Shown here: positions 9,226-18,947 of the stretch, in pieces
Layout of the letters: each line of letters starts with the position of its first letter
How positions within the stretch are numbered: position 1 is the first letter of the stretch
Assembly (NCBI GenBank): GCA_009693705.1
Contig: SHWS01000001.1
Location: 4,067-68,066, forward strand
Reading direction: 5' to 3'
Source: Pelagibacteraceae bacterium
GTDB lineage: Bacteria > Pseudomonadota > Alphaproteobacteria > Pelagibacterales > Pelagibacteraceae
DNA length: 64,000 nt
Made by a program: the position numbers and the translations under genes
The notes under the pieces: model-generated
Databases searched by the model: none
What the model was told of the DNA's origin: nothing
Seen by the model: the letters and a program-made list of their open reading frames with translations, nothing else

Positions 9226-9254
9226 ATTAGACTCCAAAAGGATTCTTGGGTCAA
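9226..9254 (-). promoter_or_regulatory. Candidate ccrM promoter containing two GANTC sites
   Basis: Minus strand TTGACC (9254-9249), 17-nt spacer, TCTAAT (9231-9226); GANTC at 9230-9234 and 9241-9245. Confidence 0.5.
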
Positions 9255-9271
9255 CCCATGATTGAATTATT

Positions 9272-9886
9272 TTAATTTTTTTGTGTAAGTTTATTTTTTA
9301 GCAACCAGATGTTGTGTTTTTTAGGAGTATTAATTATAGAAATCGGAGAAAAAGTTTTTCTGTGGTGTCTTGTAATTCCAAGTTTTTTAATAGCTAGTAA
9401 ATGTTTTTTTGTACCATAACCAAAATTTTGGTTCCAAAAATAACCTTTATTTGTATTTGCCAATATGGTTATAAATTTATCTCTAGAGACTTTTGCAATA
9501 ATGGATGCTGCTGAAATAGAAGGTATTTTTTGATCACCTTTTATAACTGTTTTGAGATTATAATTTTTTAAATTTGGTAATTGATTTCCATCAATTAAAA
9601 CAATATTGGGTTTTTTTTTAAGTTTTAGAATTGCTCTTTTCATTGCAAGCAAACTGGCCTGTAAAATATTAATTTTTTCTATCTCTTTAACCGAAGCCTG
9701 ACCAGTCGCCCAAATAGAATTTTTTTTGATATATTTAAATAAGAATTCTCTCCTATTTTTGGATATTGATTTTGAATCTTTTAATAATTTTTTTTTAATA
9801 GACTTATTTAAAATAACTGCTGCAGCATAAACAGGTCCTATTAAACTCCCTCGTCCTGCTTCATCAACACCAGCAATAATCTTCAT
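9272..9886 (-). CDS. rnhB: Ribonuclease HII
   Basis: AGVDEAGRG, DSK, IDGN, KGD...SIAAASIIAK, GYGT motifs. Confidence 0.96.
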   Translation of the reverse strand: MKIIAGVDEAGRGSLIGPVYAAAVILNKSIKKKLLKDSKSISKNRREFLFKYIKKNSIWATGQASVKEIEKINILQASLLAMKRAILKLKKKPNIVLIDGNQLPNLKNYNLKTVIKGDQKIPSISAASIIAKVSRDKFITILANTNKGYFWNQNFGYGTKKHLLAIKKLGITRHHRKTFSPISIINTPKKHNIWLLKNKLTQKN

Positions 9887-10605
9887 TAAATTTTTAAATT
9901 TAAATCTTGTATTTTTTGTTTTATTTTTTTTAAATCTTCCCAGGAATATTTTTTGTTTTCAGGGAATCGAATTAAATAAGACGGATTAAAAGTTATTATG
10001 ATTTGGTAAGTTTTATTATTTATTATAATTTCTTTCCACTTTCCTCTTTCTGATGATATTTTTTCATTAAAGCCTATAATCGACTCCATTGCAGTGCTAC
10101 CCATTAAAATAAGAATCTTTGGATCAATTATTGAAATATGTTTTTTTAAAAAAATTGAGTATCTTTTTATTTCTTGAGAAGTCGGTTTTCTGTCTTCAGG
10201 TGGTTGAAAATTTATTGCATAACTTAAATAAGTATTTTTTTTTTCAATATTTATAGCGGATAACATTTTATTAAGTAATTTCCCAACATCACCTTGAAAT
10301 GTTAATCCAGTTTTGCTCTCTTCTACTCCGGGGGTTTCACCAATTATCATAATTGGGCTATTTAAGTTTCCATCGCCTAATATAAGTTTTTCAGAGTGGG
10401 ATTTTAAATTACAATCTTCAATTGAATTTATTTGTTTTTTAAGTTCAGTCAAAAGTTTATTTTTATTAATTGAATTTAGTTCACATTGACCTTGGATAAT
10501 TTTAAATCTATTTATTGGCTTATTAGCAAATGTAAAATCTGGTTCAATTGAATTTATAAATTCTTCATCATATATCGTATTTTGATTTATTCTTTTTTTA
10601 GACAT
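9886..10605 (-). CDS. Uracil-DNA glycosylase family 4-like protein with degenerate Fe-S and pocket residues
   Basis: GETPG..E motif A, F.G..G.LL, PP..R.P..EI, and motif B variant NPSYLIR. Confidence 0.85.
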   Translation of the reverse strand: MSKKRINQNTIYDEEFINSIEPDFTFANKPINRFKIIQGQCELNSINKNKLLTELKKQINSIEDCNLKSHSEKLILGDGNLNSPIMIIGETPGVEESKTGLTFQGDVGKLLNKMLSAINIEKKNTYLSYAINFQPPEDRKPTSQEIKRYSIFLKKHISIIDPKILILMGSTAMESIIGFNEKISSERGKWKEIIINNKTYQIIITFNPSYLIRFPENKKYSWEDLKKIKQKIQDLNLKI

Positions 10606-10616
10606 AGAATGATTAA

Positions 10617-12293
10617 ATGTATTTTAAATTTTTAAAATTACTAGTAATAGCTTCATTAATTTATCAGAGCCCTTTATACTCTAAAAGCATTAGTTTAGAT
10701 GATTTTAATTCAAAAAATTTATCAGATTATTTCTCTGGAATTGTTGCTTTTGAAAACAGAAAAAATTCTGATGCACTTAAGTTTTTTAATTCATCAAAAA
10801 ATCTTCTAAATAAACATGATCTATACTTAAAAAGATATGTCTATGCTTTGGTTTTGGATAATAAAATACTCCAAGCAATTGATGTTTTAAAAAACAATAG
10901 TCAAAAAGATAACATTAATTTTTTTGATGCATATTTACTCCTAATAGCTGACAGTTTAAAAAAAAATGATTTTGAAATTGCTGAAAAATATTTAATCCAA
11001 TCATCAAAATTTATAAATGAAGATAAGTTTGAAATAGTTGTATTTAACTCTTTGAGACAATTTATTTATCTTTTTGAACAAAAAAAACTTTTGGCTGATA
11101 AAGAAAATTCTGGAAATCTAGCTTTAATTAATAAAACTTTTTCAAATTGCTATTTAAATGATGAGAAAACTAACTCATATTTTTTAAATTTAATTAATAA
11201 CAATGAAGGAGATTATTCAAGGTATATTTTTTTTTACATTAGCTATTTAATCGATAATAAAAAAATTGATGAGGCCAACTTAATTCTTGAGCAATTAGAT
11301 TTTATTAATTCAAATCTATTATTACTGCAAGCCAAAAATTGGATGGATAATAAAAAATACAATGAGTTTAAAAAAGTTTTTTCATGTAATAACCATAACG
11401 ATATTATTAGTGAGTTTTTATTTTTAATTTCTAATCTTTATTCTTCAAGTGATAATTTTGAAAAATCTAATTTTTATATAAATCTGTCAATTTATTTAAA
11501 TCCAAAATTTAAATTTAATTATTCACTAGTAGCAGAAAATTTTTATATTAATGAACAGTATGATGAAGCTAAAAAAATATTAATTAATTTTAATGAAAAC
11601 GATGAGTTTTATTATTGGTATAGAATAAAAAAGGAAGCAGACATTATTGTAAAGCAAAAAAACAAAGACGAAGGATTGAAGTATATTAGTTCAAAATTTG
11701 AAAAGATTATAAATCCTAGCTCAAAAATGTTATTTGATATGGGAAATTTCTACAAGAATTCAAAAAAATACAATAAAGCAATTGAATATTACTCTAAAAT
11801 TATTTCAACATTAGATGATACCTCATATATTAAAGCAGATCTGCTGTATAGAAGGGGCGGTAGCTATGAGCGAATGACTAATTTTAAAAAAGCAGATGAA
11901 GATCTACTGCATTCCCTAAAAATAAATCCCGATGATGCTTATGTTTTAAACTATTTAGCTTATTCATGGTTGGAAAGAGATTATAAAATTGATGAAGCAA
12001 TAAAAATGTTGGAAAAAGCATATTTGCAAGAAAAGGATGATCCATTTATTATAGACTCAATTGGTTGGGCGTATTATTTAACATCCAACTACATAGAAGC
12101 TGAAAAATATCTTAAAAGAGCAGTTGAATTAATGCCTGACGATCCAGTAGTGAGCGATCATTATGGAGATATCCTTTGGAAATTGAATAGAAAAATTCAA
12201 GCAAGATATTTTTGGTTTAATGCCCTAGCTTTGCAGGATGTGGAAGAAGAAATGAAGAAAAAAATTAATACTAAATTAATTAAAGGCCTCTAA
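10617..12293 (+). CDS. Exported TPR-repeat protein
   Basis: N-terminal signal/TM segment; C-terminal TPRs (LNYLAYSW, IDSIGWAYY, DHYGDILW); conserved position upstream of ispE. Confidence 0.85.
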   Translation: MYFKFLKLLVIASLIYQSPLYSKSISLDDFNSKNLSDYFSGIVAFENRKNSDALKFFNSSKNLLNKHDLYLKRYVYALVLDNKILQAIDVLKNNSQKDNINFFDAYLLLIADSLKKNDFEIAEKYLIQSSKFINEDKFEIVVFNSLRQFIYLFEQKKLLADKENSGNLALINKTFSNCYLNDEKTNSYFLNLINNNEGDYSRYIFFYISYLIDNKKIDEANLILEQLDFINSNLLLLQAKNWMDNKKYNEFKKVFSCNNHNDIISEFLFLISNLYSSSDNFEKSNFYINLSIYLNPKFKFNYSLVAENFYINEQYDEAKKILINFNENDEFYYWYRIKKEADIIVKQKNKDEGLKYISSKFEKIINPSSKMLFDMGNFYKNSKKYNKAIEYYSKIISTLDDTSYIKADLLYRRGGSYERMTNFKKADEDLLHSLKINPDDAYVLNYLAYSWLERDYKIDEAIKMLEKAYLQEKDDPFIIDSIGWAYYLTSNYIEAEKYLKRAVELMPDDPVVSDHYGDILWKLNRKIQARYFWFNALALQDVEEEMKKKINTKLIKGL

Positions 12294-12305
12294 AACATCC
12301 TAGAA

Positions 12306-13154
12306 ATGAGCTATAGTGTTATTAAATCTTTTGCAAAAATTAATTTAGCACTTAATATTACTGGTAAAACTACTTTATTGCATAAAATTGAAACTCTAGT
12401 TACATTTATTGAATTACATGATTTAATTTTTATTAAAAAAACTAATAAAAAAAATCATCAAGTTTTTTTTTATGGAAAATTTTCAAAAAATATTAGCAAT
12501 AATAACAATACTGTAATTAAATTATTAAATATTCTCGATCAAAAAAATCTATTAAATAACCATAAATTTCAAATTAGAATACAAAAAAATATTCCACAAA
12601 AAGCTGGACTCGGAGGTGGATCGATGAATACTGCAAATATTTTAAACTATTTTTTAAAAAAAAAAATTCTTAAAATTAAAAATAAAGACATCGTAAATAT
12701 TACAAGTTTAATTGGATCTGATGTATTTTTAGGCATTAATCCAACAAATACTATTTTTACGTCAAATAATAATATTAAAAGATTTTTTAAATGTCCTCAG
12801 TATCATGTTTTATTAGCTAAACCAAATTTTGGATGTTCAACGAAAACTATTTATTCTTTGGTTAAAAATTTTACAAGGGCAAAATTTCATTTCCAAAAAA
12901 AACTATTGTTTAGTTCTGAATTTTTGATCGACCAAAGTAATGCTTTAGAAAAAGTTGCTTTCTTAAAATATCCGATTTTAAAAACGATTAAGTCATTTCT
13001 TGAAAGTTTCATAACTCCAATTTTTGTGAGAATGACTGGATCTGGATCAGTAATTGTTGGTTATTATCAATTCAAAAAAGATTGTGAAATGGCTAAAGTA
13101 CATTTTAAGAGAAAATTTAAAAATTTTTGGTGCATTACGTCAAAAACTATATAA
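12306..13154 (+). CDS. ispE: 4-diphosphocytidyl-2-C-methyl-D-erythritol kinase
   Basis: AKINLAL, KNIP.KAGLGGGS, GSDV, MTGSGS GHMP-kinase motifs. Confidence 0.93.
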   Translation: MSYSVIKSFAKINLALNITGKTTLLHKIETLVTFIELHDLIFIKKTNKKNHQVFFYGKFSKNISNNNNTVIKLLNILDQKNLLNNHKFQIRIQKNIPQKAGLGGGSMNTANILNYFLKKKILKIKNKDIVNITSLIGSDVFLGINPTNTIFTSNNNIKRFFKCPQYHVLLAKPNFGCSTKTIYSLVKNFTRAKFHFQKKLLFSSEFLIDQSNALEKVAFLKYPILKTIKSFLESFITPIFVRMTGSGSVIVGYYQFKKDCEMAKVHFKRKFKNFWCITSKTI

Positions 13155-13186
13155 TTTTTTTTTTTTATGTTATATGATTTTATTAT

Positions 13187-13260
13187 TGGGGCTTAGCCAA
13201 GCGGTAAGGCACGGGTTTTTGGTACCTGCATCCTAGGTTCGATTCCTAGAGCCCCAGCCA
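13187..13260 (+). tRNA. tRNA-Gln(UUG)
   Basis: Cloverleaf: acceptor TGGGGCT/AGCCCCA, anticodon loop TTTTGGT (TTG at 13219-13221), T arm CTAGG-TTCGATT-CCTAG, encoded CCA; U1-A72 as expected for Gln. Confidence 0.97.
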
Positions 13261-13263
13261 AAT

Positions 13264-14538
13264 ATGAATTTTTTTTTAGATAAACTCTTTTTAAGAGCAA
13301 ATAATCTTGATTATATTAGTCAGAATTTACAAAATATTACTAACAAAACACCAATAAAGAAAATTTTTGATGCAATCAACTCTTACTCATCAACAAGTGA
13401 ATTAAGATATGTGGGTGGTTGCGTAAGAAAAATCGTAAAAAAAGAAAAATTCGACGATATTGATCTTGCCACAAATTTGAAGCCAAAAGAAATCTCTGAA
13501 GTCTTAAGAAAAAATAAAATTAATTATTATGAAAGCGGAATAGAACATGGAACAATAACAGTAGTTTTAGATAACCATAAGTATGAGATTACTTCATTGA
13601 GAAAAGACATCTCCACAGATGGTAGACATGCAAAAGTTGAATTTTCTAATGATTGGAAAGAAGATGCTTCAAGAAGAGATTTTTCAATAAATGCAATTTA
13701 CGCTGATAGAGAAGGAAATTTGTTTGATCCACTTAATGGAAAAAAAGATTTGGAAAATGGTGATGTTAATTTTATTGGTGATCCAGAAATAAGAATTAAA
13801 GAAGATTATTTGAGGATATTAAGATACATAAGATTTTTTTTGAATTATTCTAACAAGAAGCATAAACCACAAATAATCAAAATTATAAAAAGAAATATTG
13901 AAGGTGTTTCTAATTTATCCACTGAAAGACTTTTAGATGAATTCCAAAAATTATCGCAGTCAAATGGATTTTTAAAATTATTTAAAGACAAAGATTGTCT
14001 TGAGCTTATTCAAATAATTTTTCCGCAATTTAAAAATTTAAATTTTTTTTTAGAATTAAATTTTTATACAATGAAAAAAATATATGAAATTGATTTTATT
14101 TTTCTTTTATCTTTAATGATCGTAGATGGTACTGATAACGTTGATTATTTTTTATATAAATTTAATATATCAAAAAAAAATCAAAAAAGATTAAAATTAA
14201 TTGATAATTTTTATAAAAAAAAAGTTAATATTAATTCATTTTCAGAAAAAAATTTAAATCAGTTTTTTTACTTTAATGGAAAACAAGCTGTTACAGATAT
14301 TATTAATTATAAAATATTTAAATCAAAAAAGTTTGAAAAAAATTTAGTAAAATTACTAAATACTTATCAAGATAAAATTATTCCCACTATGCCGATTGGA
14401 GCAAATATTTTAATGTCCAAATATAATATACCTGAGGGCAAAATGTTAGGAAGCAAATTAAAATTAATTGAGGAAGCTTGGGTAAAAAATAATTTTCAAA
14501 TTTCAGAGCAAAAAATTAAGTCTATTATTAGTAATTAA
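13264..14538 (+). CDS. cca: Class II CCA-adding tRNA nucleotidyltransferase
   Basis: VGGCVR, DIDLAT, RRDFSINA and the EDYLRILR templating motif. Confidence 0.88.
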   Translation: MNFFLDKLFLRANNLDYISQNLQNITNKTPIKKIFDAINSYSSTSELRYVGGCVRKIVKKEKFDDIDLATNLKPKEISEVLRKNKINYYESGIEHGTITVVLDNHKYEITSLRKDISTDGRHAKVEFSNDWKEDASRRDFSINAIYADREGNLFDPLNGKKDLENGDVNFIGDPEIRIKEDYLRILRYIRFFLNYSNKKHKPQIIKIIKRNIEGVSNLSTERLLDEFQKLSQSNGFLKLFKDKDCLELIQIIFPQFKNLNFFLELNFYTMKKIYEIDFIFLLSLMIVDGTDNVDYFLYKFNISKKNQKRLKLIDNFYKKKVNINSFSEKNLNQFFYFNGKQAVTDIINYKIFKSKKFEKNLVKLLNTYQDKIIPTMPIGANILMSKYNIPEGKMLGSKLKLIEEAWVKNNFQISEQKIKSIISN

Positions 14539-15011
14539 ATATATTTTACATCTATAATTTTAAAATTTTTCACCCCCGCAGGAGTTGAAATCTCAACAAG
14601 TTCACTCTTATTTTTTCCTATTAAACCTTTACCAATTGGCGATTGAAAATAAATTAGTTTTTGTTTTAAGTCCGCTTCATCTCTACCTACAATTTTGTAA
14701 GTTATTTTTTCACCTGTATCTAAGTTTTCTAAGAATACCGTAGAACCAAAAATAACTTTTCCATCATTATTTATTTCGGCTACATCTATAACATTGGCTC
14801 GTGCAATAATGTCGTTGATTTCCGAAATTCTGCCTTCATTATGAGACTGTTCTTCTTTTGCAGCATGATATTCTGCGTTCTCTTTAAGATCTCCGTGAGA
14901 TCTGGCCTCTGAAATAGCAGCAACTATCTGAGGTCTTTTTTTTTCTTTTAGATAAATTAATTCTTCTTTTAATTTTTTTAATCCATTTAAAGTAATAGCT
15001 TCTTTATCCAT
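14535..15011 (-). CDS. greA: Transcription elongation factor GreA
   Basis: HGDLKENAEYHAAKE, SPIGKGLIGK. Confidence 0.97.
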   Translation of the reverse strand: MDKEAITLNGLKKLKEELIYLKEKKRPQIVAAISEARSHGDLKENAEYHAAKEEQSHNEGRISEINDIIARANVIDVAEINNDGKVIFGSTVFLENLDTGEKITYKIVGRDEADLKQKLIYFQSPIGKGLIGKNKSELVEISTPAGVKNFKIIDVKYI

Positions 15012-15012
15012 A

Positions 15013-15840
15013 TTATTTCCATTTTGCTAAAGGTGGTAATGACATTAAAATTCCTTCTACATTACCTCCTGTTTGTAATCCAAATTTAGTGCCACGATCA
15101 TACAATAAATTAAATTCTACGTAACGACCTCTTTTTATATATTGCATTTCTTTATCTTTTAAAGTCCACTTTTTTTTTATTTTTTTTTGAATAATTTGAT
15201 TAAAAATTTCCTGAAAAGTAATACCCAAATCTCTTACAAATTTAAAATTATTTTCGAAATTATTTTTTTTATAATCGAAAAAAATTCCACCAATTCCTCT
15301 AGTCTCTTTTCTATGAGATAAATAAAAATATTTATCACACCATTTTTTATATTTATTATAATAATTTTTATTATGACGATCACACATTTTTTTTAAAATA
15401 TAATGAAATTCTTTTTTTTCTTTTTCATCTTTATATGACGGAGTAACATCCATACCTCCTCCAAACCAATCGTGAGTAGTACAAATATATCTAGTATTAA
15501 AATGCATTGCAGGTATTAGAGGGTTTTTCATATGCATTACTATTGAAACGCCTGAGGCCCAAAATTTTGGACTTTTATCAGCACCAGGTATATTTTGTTG
15601 AAATTGCTTTGGAAATGTTCCATAAACTTTTGAAAAATTAACCCCAACTTTGTCAAAAACTTTTCCGTTTTGCAAAATTCTATATTCACCTCCACCCTCA
15701 TCTTTCTTTTCATTTCTTTTCCATGCAGTAGATGTAAATTTTATTTTATTATTTTCTAGATTATAAATATCGTTACAAATTGAATTTTGAATCAATTTGA
15801 ACCAATTACTTGCTAAATCTTTTTTGGTTTCTAAATTCAT
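15013..15840 (-). CDS. hemF: Oxygen-dependent coproporphyrinogen III oxidase
   Basis: HFNTRY, WFGGGMD.TP, RGIGGIFFD, RGRYVEFNLLYDRGT.FGL. Confidence 0.96.
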   Translation of the reverse strand: MNLETKKDLASNWFKLIQNSICNDIYNLENNKIKFTSTAWKRNEKKDEGGGEYRILQNGKVFDKVGVNFSKVYGTFPKQFQQNIPGADKSPKFWASGVSIVMHMKNPLIPAMHFNTRYICTTHDWFGGGMDVTPSYKDEKEKKEFHYILKKMCDRHNKNYYNKYKKWCDKYFYLSHRKETRGIGGIFFDYKKNNFENNFKFVRDLGITFQEIFNQIIQKKIKKKWTLKDKEMQYIKRGRYVEFNLLYDRGTKFGLQTGGNVEGILMSLPPLAKWK

Positions 15841-15841
15841 T

Positions 15842-16315
15842 CTAAATTATACTAGTTTGTCTTAAACTTTCTGCCAAAACAATTGCAACCGAAGAAGCAA
15901 CATTTAATGATCTCATATTATTTTCCATAGGTATTTTTAATCGATTTTTAATTAGTTGATGAATGTTCTCTGGCACACCTGCACTTTCCCTTCCAAATAA
16001 AATTGTATCACCTAATTTAAATTTAAATTTAGTATAAGACATCGATGCTTTAGTGGTCATTAATATAATTCTTTGTTTTTTTTTTCTTTCAAAAAACTGA
16101 TCTGCGCTTTGATAAAATTCAATTTTATTTAGATCCATATAGTCCATCACTACTCTTTTAAATCTTTTATCGTCTAACAAAAATCCACAGGGTTCAATTA
16201 TTTCTAATTTTGTCCCTAAACAAGCGCAAGTTCTAATTATAGCAGCGGTATTTTGAGGTATATCAGGTTCATATAAAGCAATTATAGGTCTTAAATTAAT
16301 ATAATTATGTGTCAT
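15842..16315 (-). CDS. trmL: tRNA (cytidine(34)-2'-O)-methyltransferase
   Basis: EPDIPQNT, FGRESAG, RSLNV SPOUT motifs. Confidence 0.93.
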   Translation of the reverse strand: MTHNYINLRPIIALYEPDIPQNTAAIIRTCACLGTKLEIIEPCGFLLDDKRFKRVVMDYMDLNKIEFYQSADQFFERKKKQRIILMTTKASMSYTKFKFKLGDTILFGRESAGVPENIHQLIKNRLKIPMENNMRSLNVASSVAIVLAESLRQTSII

Positions 16316-16388
16316 TCTTTCAGTAGAAAAAAAGTTAATTTCTTATATGAAAGCATATATTAATTAAATTTTAACTTAAAATTAACAT

Positions 16389-16898
16389 ATGTCTGATAAA
16401 AAACCTGAAAGAAGAGAATTTTTATTTACAGCTTCTTATGTGGTAGGTGCAGTTGGAGTAGCAGCGGCAGTTTGGCCATTGGTAGATCAAATGAACCCAG
16501 ATGCTTCAGTTAAAGCATTAGCAAGCACAGAGGTAGACATCAGTTCTGTTAAACCAGGTAACACCATAACAGTTCTATGGAGAGGAAAACCAGTGTTTAT
16601 AAGAAGAAGAACTCAAGATGAAATTACAGAGGCAAAGTCAGTTAAAATGGAAGATTTAAAGCATCCAGAAAAAGACGAAGATCGAGCTAAAGATCCAGAG
16701 TGGTTGGTGATGGTAGGAGTGTGCACGCACTTAGGTTGTGTGCCTTTGAATGACAAGGGAGATTACAACGGATGGTTTTGTCCTTGCCACGGATCGCATT
16801 ATGATACATCTGGCAGAATAAGAAAAGGACCAGCACCTTTAAATATGGAAATTCCTAAATATGAATTTGTTGATGCTGGTAAAATTAAAATTGGGTAA
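16389..16898 (+). CDS. petA: Ubiquinol-cytochrome c reductase Rieske Fe-S subunit
   Basis: Tat motif RREFL; CTHLGC and CPCHGS. Confidence 0.98.
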   Translation: MSDKKPERREFLFTASYVVGAVGVAAAVWPLVDQMNPDASVKALASTEVDISSVKPGNTITVLWRGKPVFIRRRTQDEITEAKSVKMEDLKHPEKDEDRAKDPEWLVMVGVCTHLGCVPLNDKGDYNGWFCPCHGSHYDTSGRIRKGPAPLNMEIPKYEFVDAGKIKIG

Positions 16899-16903
16899 AT
16901 TAT

Positions 16904-18166
16904 ATGAGTGACCACGAATATACACCTAAATCAAAAGTTGGAAAATGGTTCAATGATAGATTGCCAATTCTTACTCTTGCAAACCATTTAACTGACTACC
17001 CAACACCAAAAAACTTAAATTACTGGTGGACATTTGGTGGAATACTAACTTTTTGCTTAATCACACAGATTATAACAGGACTAACACTCGCAATGCACTA
17101 CATTGCCCATGCAGACATGGCATTTGAGAGTGTAGAGCAAATTATGAGAGATGTAAATTATGGCTGGTTAATTAGATATATACATGCAAATGGTGCTTCA
17201 ATGTTTTTTTTAGCAGTATACATACATATATTTAGATCATTATTTTATGGATCTTATAAATCACCAAGAGAAATTATTTGGATTATTGGAATTATTATTT
17301 ATTTATTAATGATGGCAGCAGCCTTTATGGGATACGTACTTCCATGGGGACAAATGAGCTTCTGGGGTGCAACGGTAATTACAAATTTATTTAGTGCAAT
17401 ACCTTTGGTGGGTGAGGGAATTGTTGCGTGGCTATGGGGAGGCTATTCAGTTGACAATCCAACTTTAACAAGATTTTTTACCTTACATTATTTAATTCCT
17501 TTTTTAATTCTAGGACTTGTAGTTTTGCATATTTGGGCACTACATGTTCCAGGAAATAATAATCCTGTTGGAATAGATATTAAAAAACCCTCTAAAGATA
17601 CGGTACCATTTCATCCATATATAGTAATTAAAGATGGATTTGCTTTATTAATGTTTATGATTGTGTTTGCATTTTTTGTTTTCTATGCCCCAAATATTTT
17701 GGGTCATGCTGACAATTATATCGAAGCAAATCCAATGGTTACTCCCGCTCATATTGTACCTGAATGGTATTTGTTACCTTTTTATGCAATTTTAAGATCA
17801 ATCCCAGATAAACTTTTGGGCGTTCTTGCAATGCTATTTGCAATCATAATTTTAGCTCTACTGCCGTGGCTCGATACTTCCAAAATTAGATCTGCAGTGT
17901 TTAGACCTTTGTACAAACAGTTTTACTGGATTTTGTTAGCGGATGTTTTGATACTGGGATATATGGGAGCTATGCCAGCTGAGGGGCTTTATTTATTGAT
18001 TGCAAGAATAGCTACTTCTTATTATTTTCTTCATTTTTTAGTTATATTACCAGTTCTTGGGTTTAAAGAAAAAACTTTGCCTGTACCTTTAAGCATTACT
18101 GATCCAGTGCTTGGAGGATCGCCCAATTTAGCGATCGCTAAAAATAAAGAGAGTTTTGAAAAATAA
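16904..18166 (+). CDS. petB: Cytochrome b
   Basis: [22 protein letters not shown] motif. Confidence 0.99.
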   Translation: MSDHEYTPKSKVGKWFNDRLPILTLANHLTDYPTPKNLNYWWTFGGILTFCLITQIITGLTLAMHYIAHADMAFESVEQIMRDVNYGWLIRYIHANGASMFFLAVYIHIFRSLFYGSYKSPREIIWIIGIIIYLLMMAAAFMGYVLPWGQMSFWGATVITNLFSAIPLVGEGIVAWLWGGYSVDNPTLTRFFTLHYLIPFLILGLVVLHIWALHVPGNNNPVGIDIKKPSKDTVPFHPYIVIKDGFALLMFMIVFAFFVFYAPNILGHADNYIEANPMVTPAHIVPEWYLLPFYAILRSIPDKLLGVLAMLFAIIILALLPWLDTSKIRSAVFRPLYKQFYWILLADVLILGYMGAMPAEGLYLLIARIATSYYFLHFLVILPVLGFKEKTLPVPLSITDPVLGGSPNLAIAKNKESFEK

Positions 18167-18947
18167 CGTGAAAAACGTAATTAAATTAATCACAATTTTA
18201 ACTTTAATAAATTTTACCAATCATATTAGTAATGCAGCTGAAAAAATTGAACTTTTAAAAACTGATTGGACTTTTAAAGGACTTTTTGGAAAATTTGATA
18301 GAGGATCTCTTCAAAGAGGTTATCAAATTTATTCAGAAGTGTGTTCTTCTTGTCATTCAATGAAATACCTTAGTTATAGAAATTTAACCGAAAAAGGTGG
18401 CCCAGAATTTACTGAAGAGCAGGCTAAAGCAATAGCTGCTTCATTTGAAGTTAAAGATGGACCTAACGCAGATGGAGAAATGTTCGTAAGACCAGGAAAA
18501 CTATCCGATAAATTTGTAAAGCCCTACGATAATGTTAAAGCTGCTCAGGCTGCAAATGGTGGCGCTTATCCTCCTGATATGTCAGTTTTAATTAAGGCCA
18601 GAAGTGGAGGAGCTAATTATATTTATTCTTTGCTTCAAGGATACGAAGATCCACCAGCAGAAATTATTCTTGATGAAGGTGTTTATTATAATAAATACAT
18701 AGATGGTAATAAAATTAAGATGGCAAGCCCACTATCTGATGGTATTGTGACATATTCAGATGGAACTGAAGCAACAGTGGCACAAATGTCAAAAGACATT
18801 ACAACTTTTTTAATGTGGACTGCCGAACCTCATTTAGAGTCTAGACATAAAATGGGCTTTAAAGCAATTCTTTATTTAATTATTTTAACTATCTTGGTTT
18901 ATTTTAGTATGAAGAAAATTTGGTCACGTATTGAATCTAAAGTTTAA
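18156..18947 (+). CDS. petC: Cytochrome c1
   Basis: CSSCH heme motif, PPDMS, C-terminal TM anchor; TTG start. Confidence 0.97.
   Translation: MKNNVKNVIKLITILTLINFTNHISNAAEKIELLKTDWTFKGLFGKFDRGSLQRGYQIYSEVCSSCHSMKYLSYRNLTEKGGPEFTEEQAKAIAASFEVKDGPNADGEMFVRPGKLSDKFVKPYDNVKAAQAANGGAYPPDMSVLIKARSGGANYIYSLLQGYEDPPAEIILDEGVYYNKYIDGNKIKMASPLSDGIVTYSDGTEATVAQMSKDITTFLMWTAEPHLESRHKMGFKAILYLIILTILVYFSMKKIWSRIESKV

Noticed and set aside
13155-13166. T12 run between ispE and tRNA-Gln as a terminator or phase-variable promoter tract
   Set aside because: No preceding GC stem; similar runs occur throughout the window, including in essential genes.
13054-13236. 60-aa ORF spanning the end of ispE and tRNA-Gln
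   Set aside because: It overlaps a clear tRNA gene; spurious.
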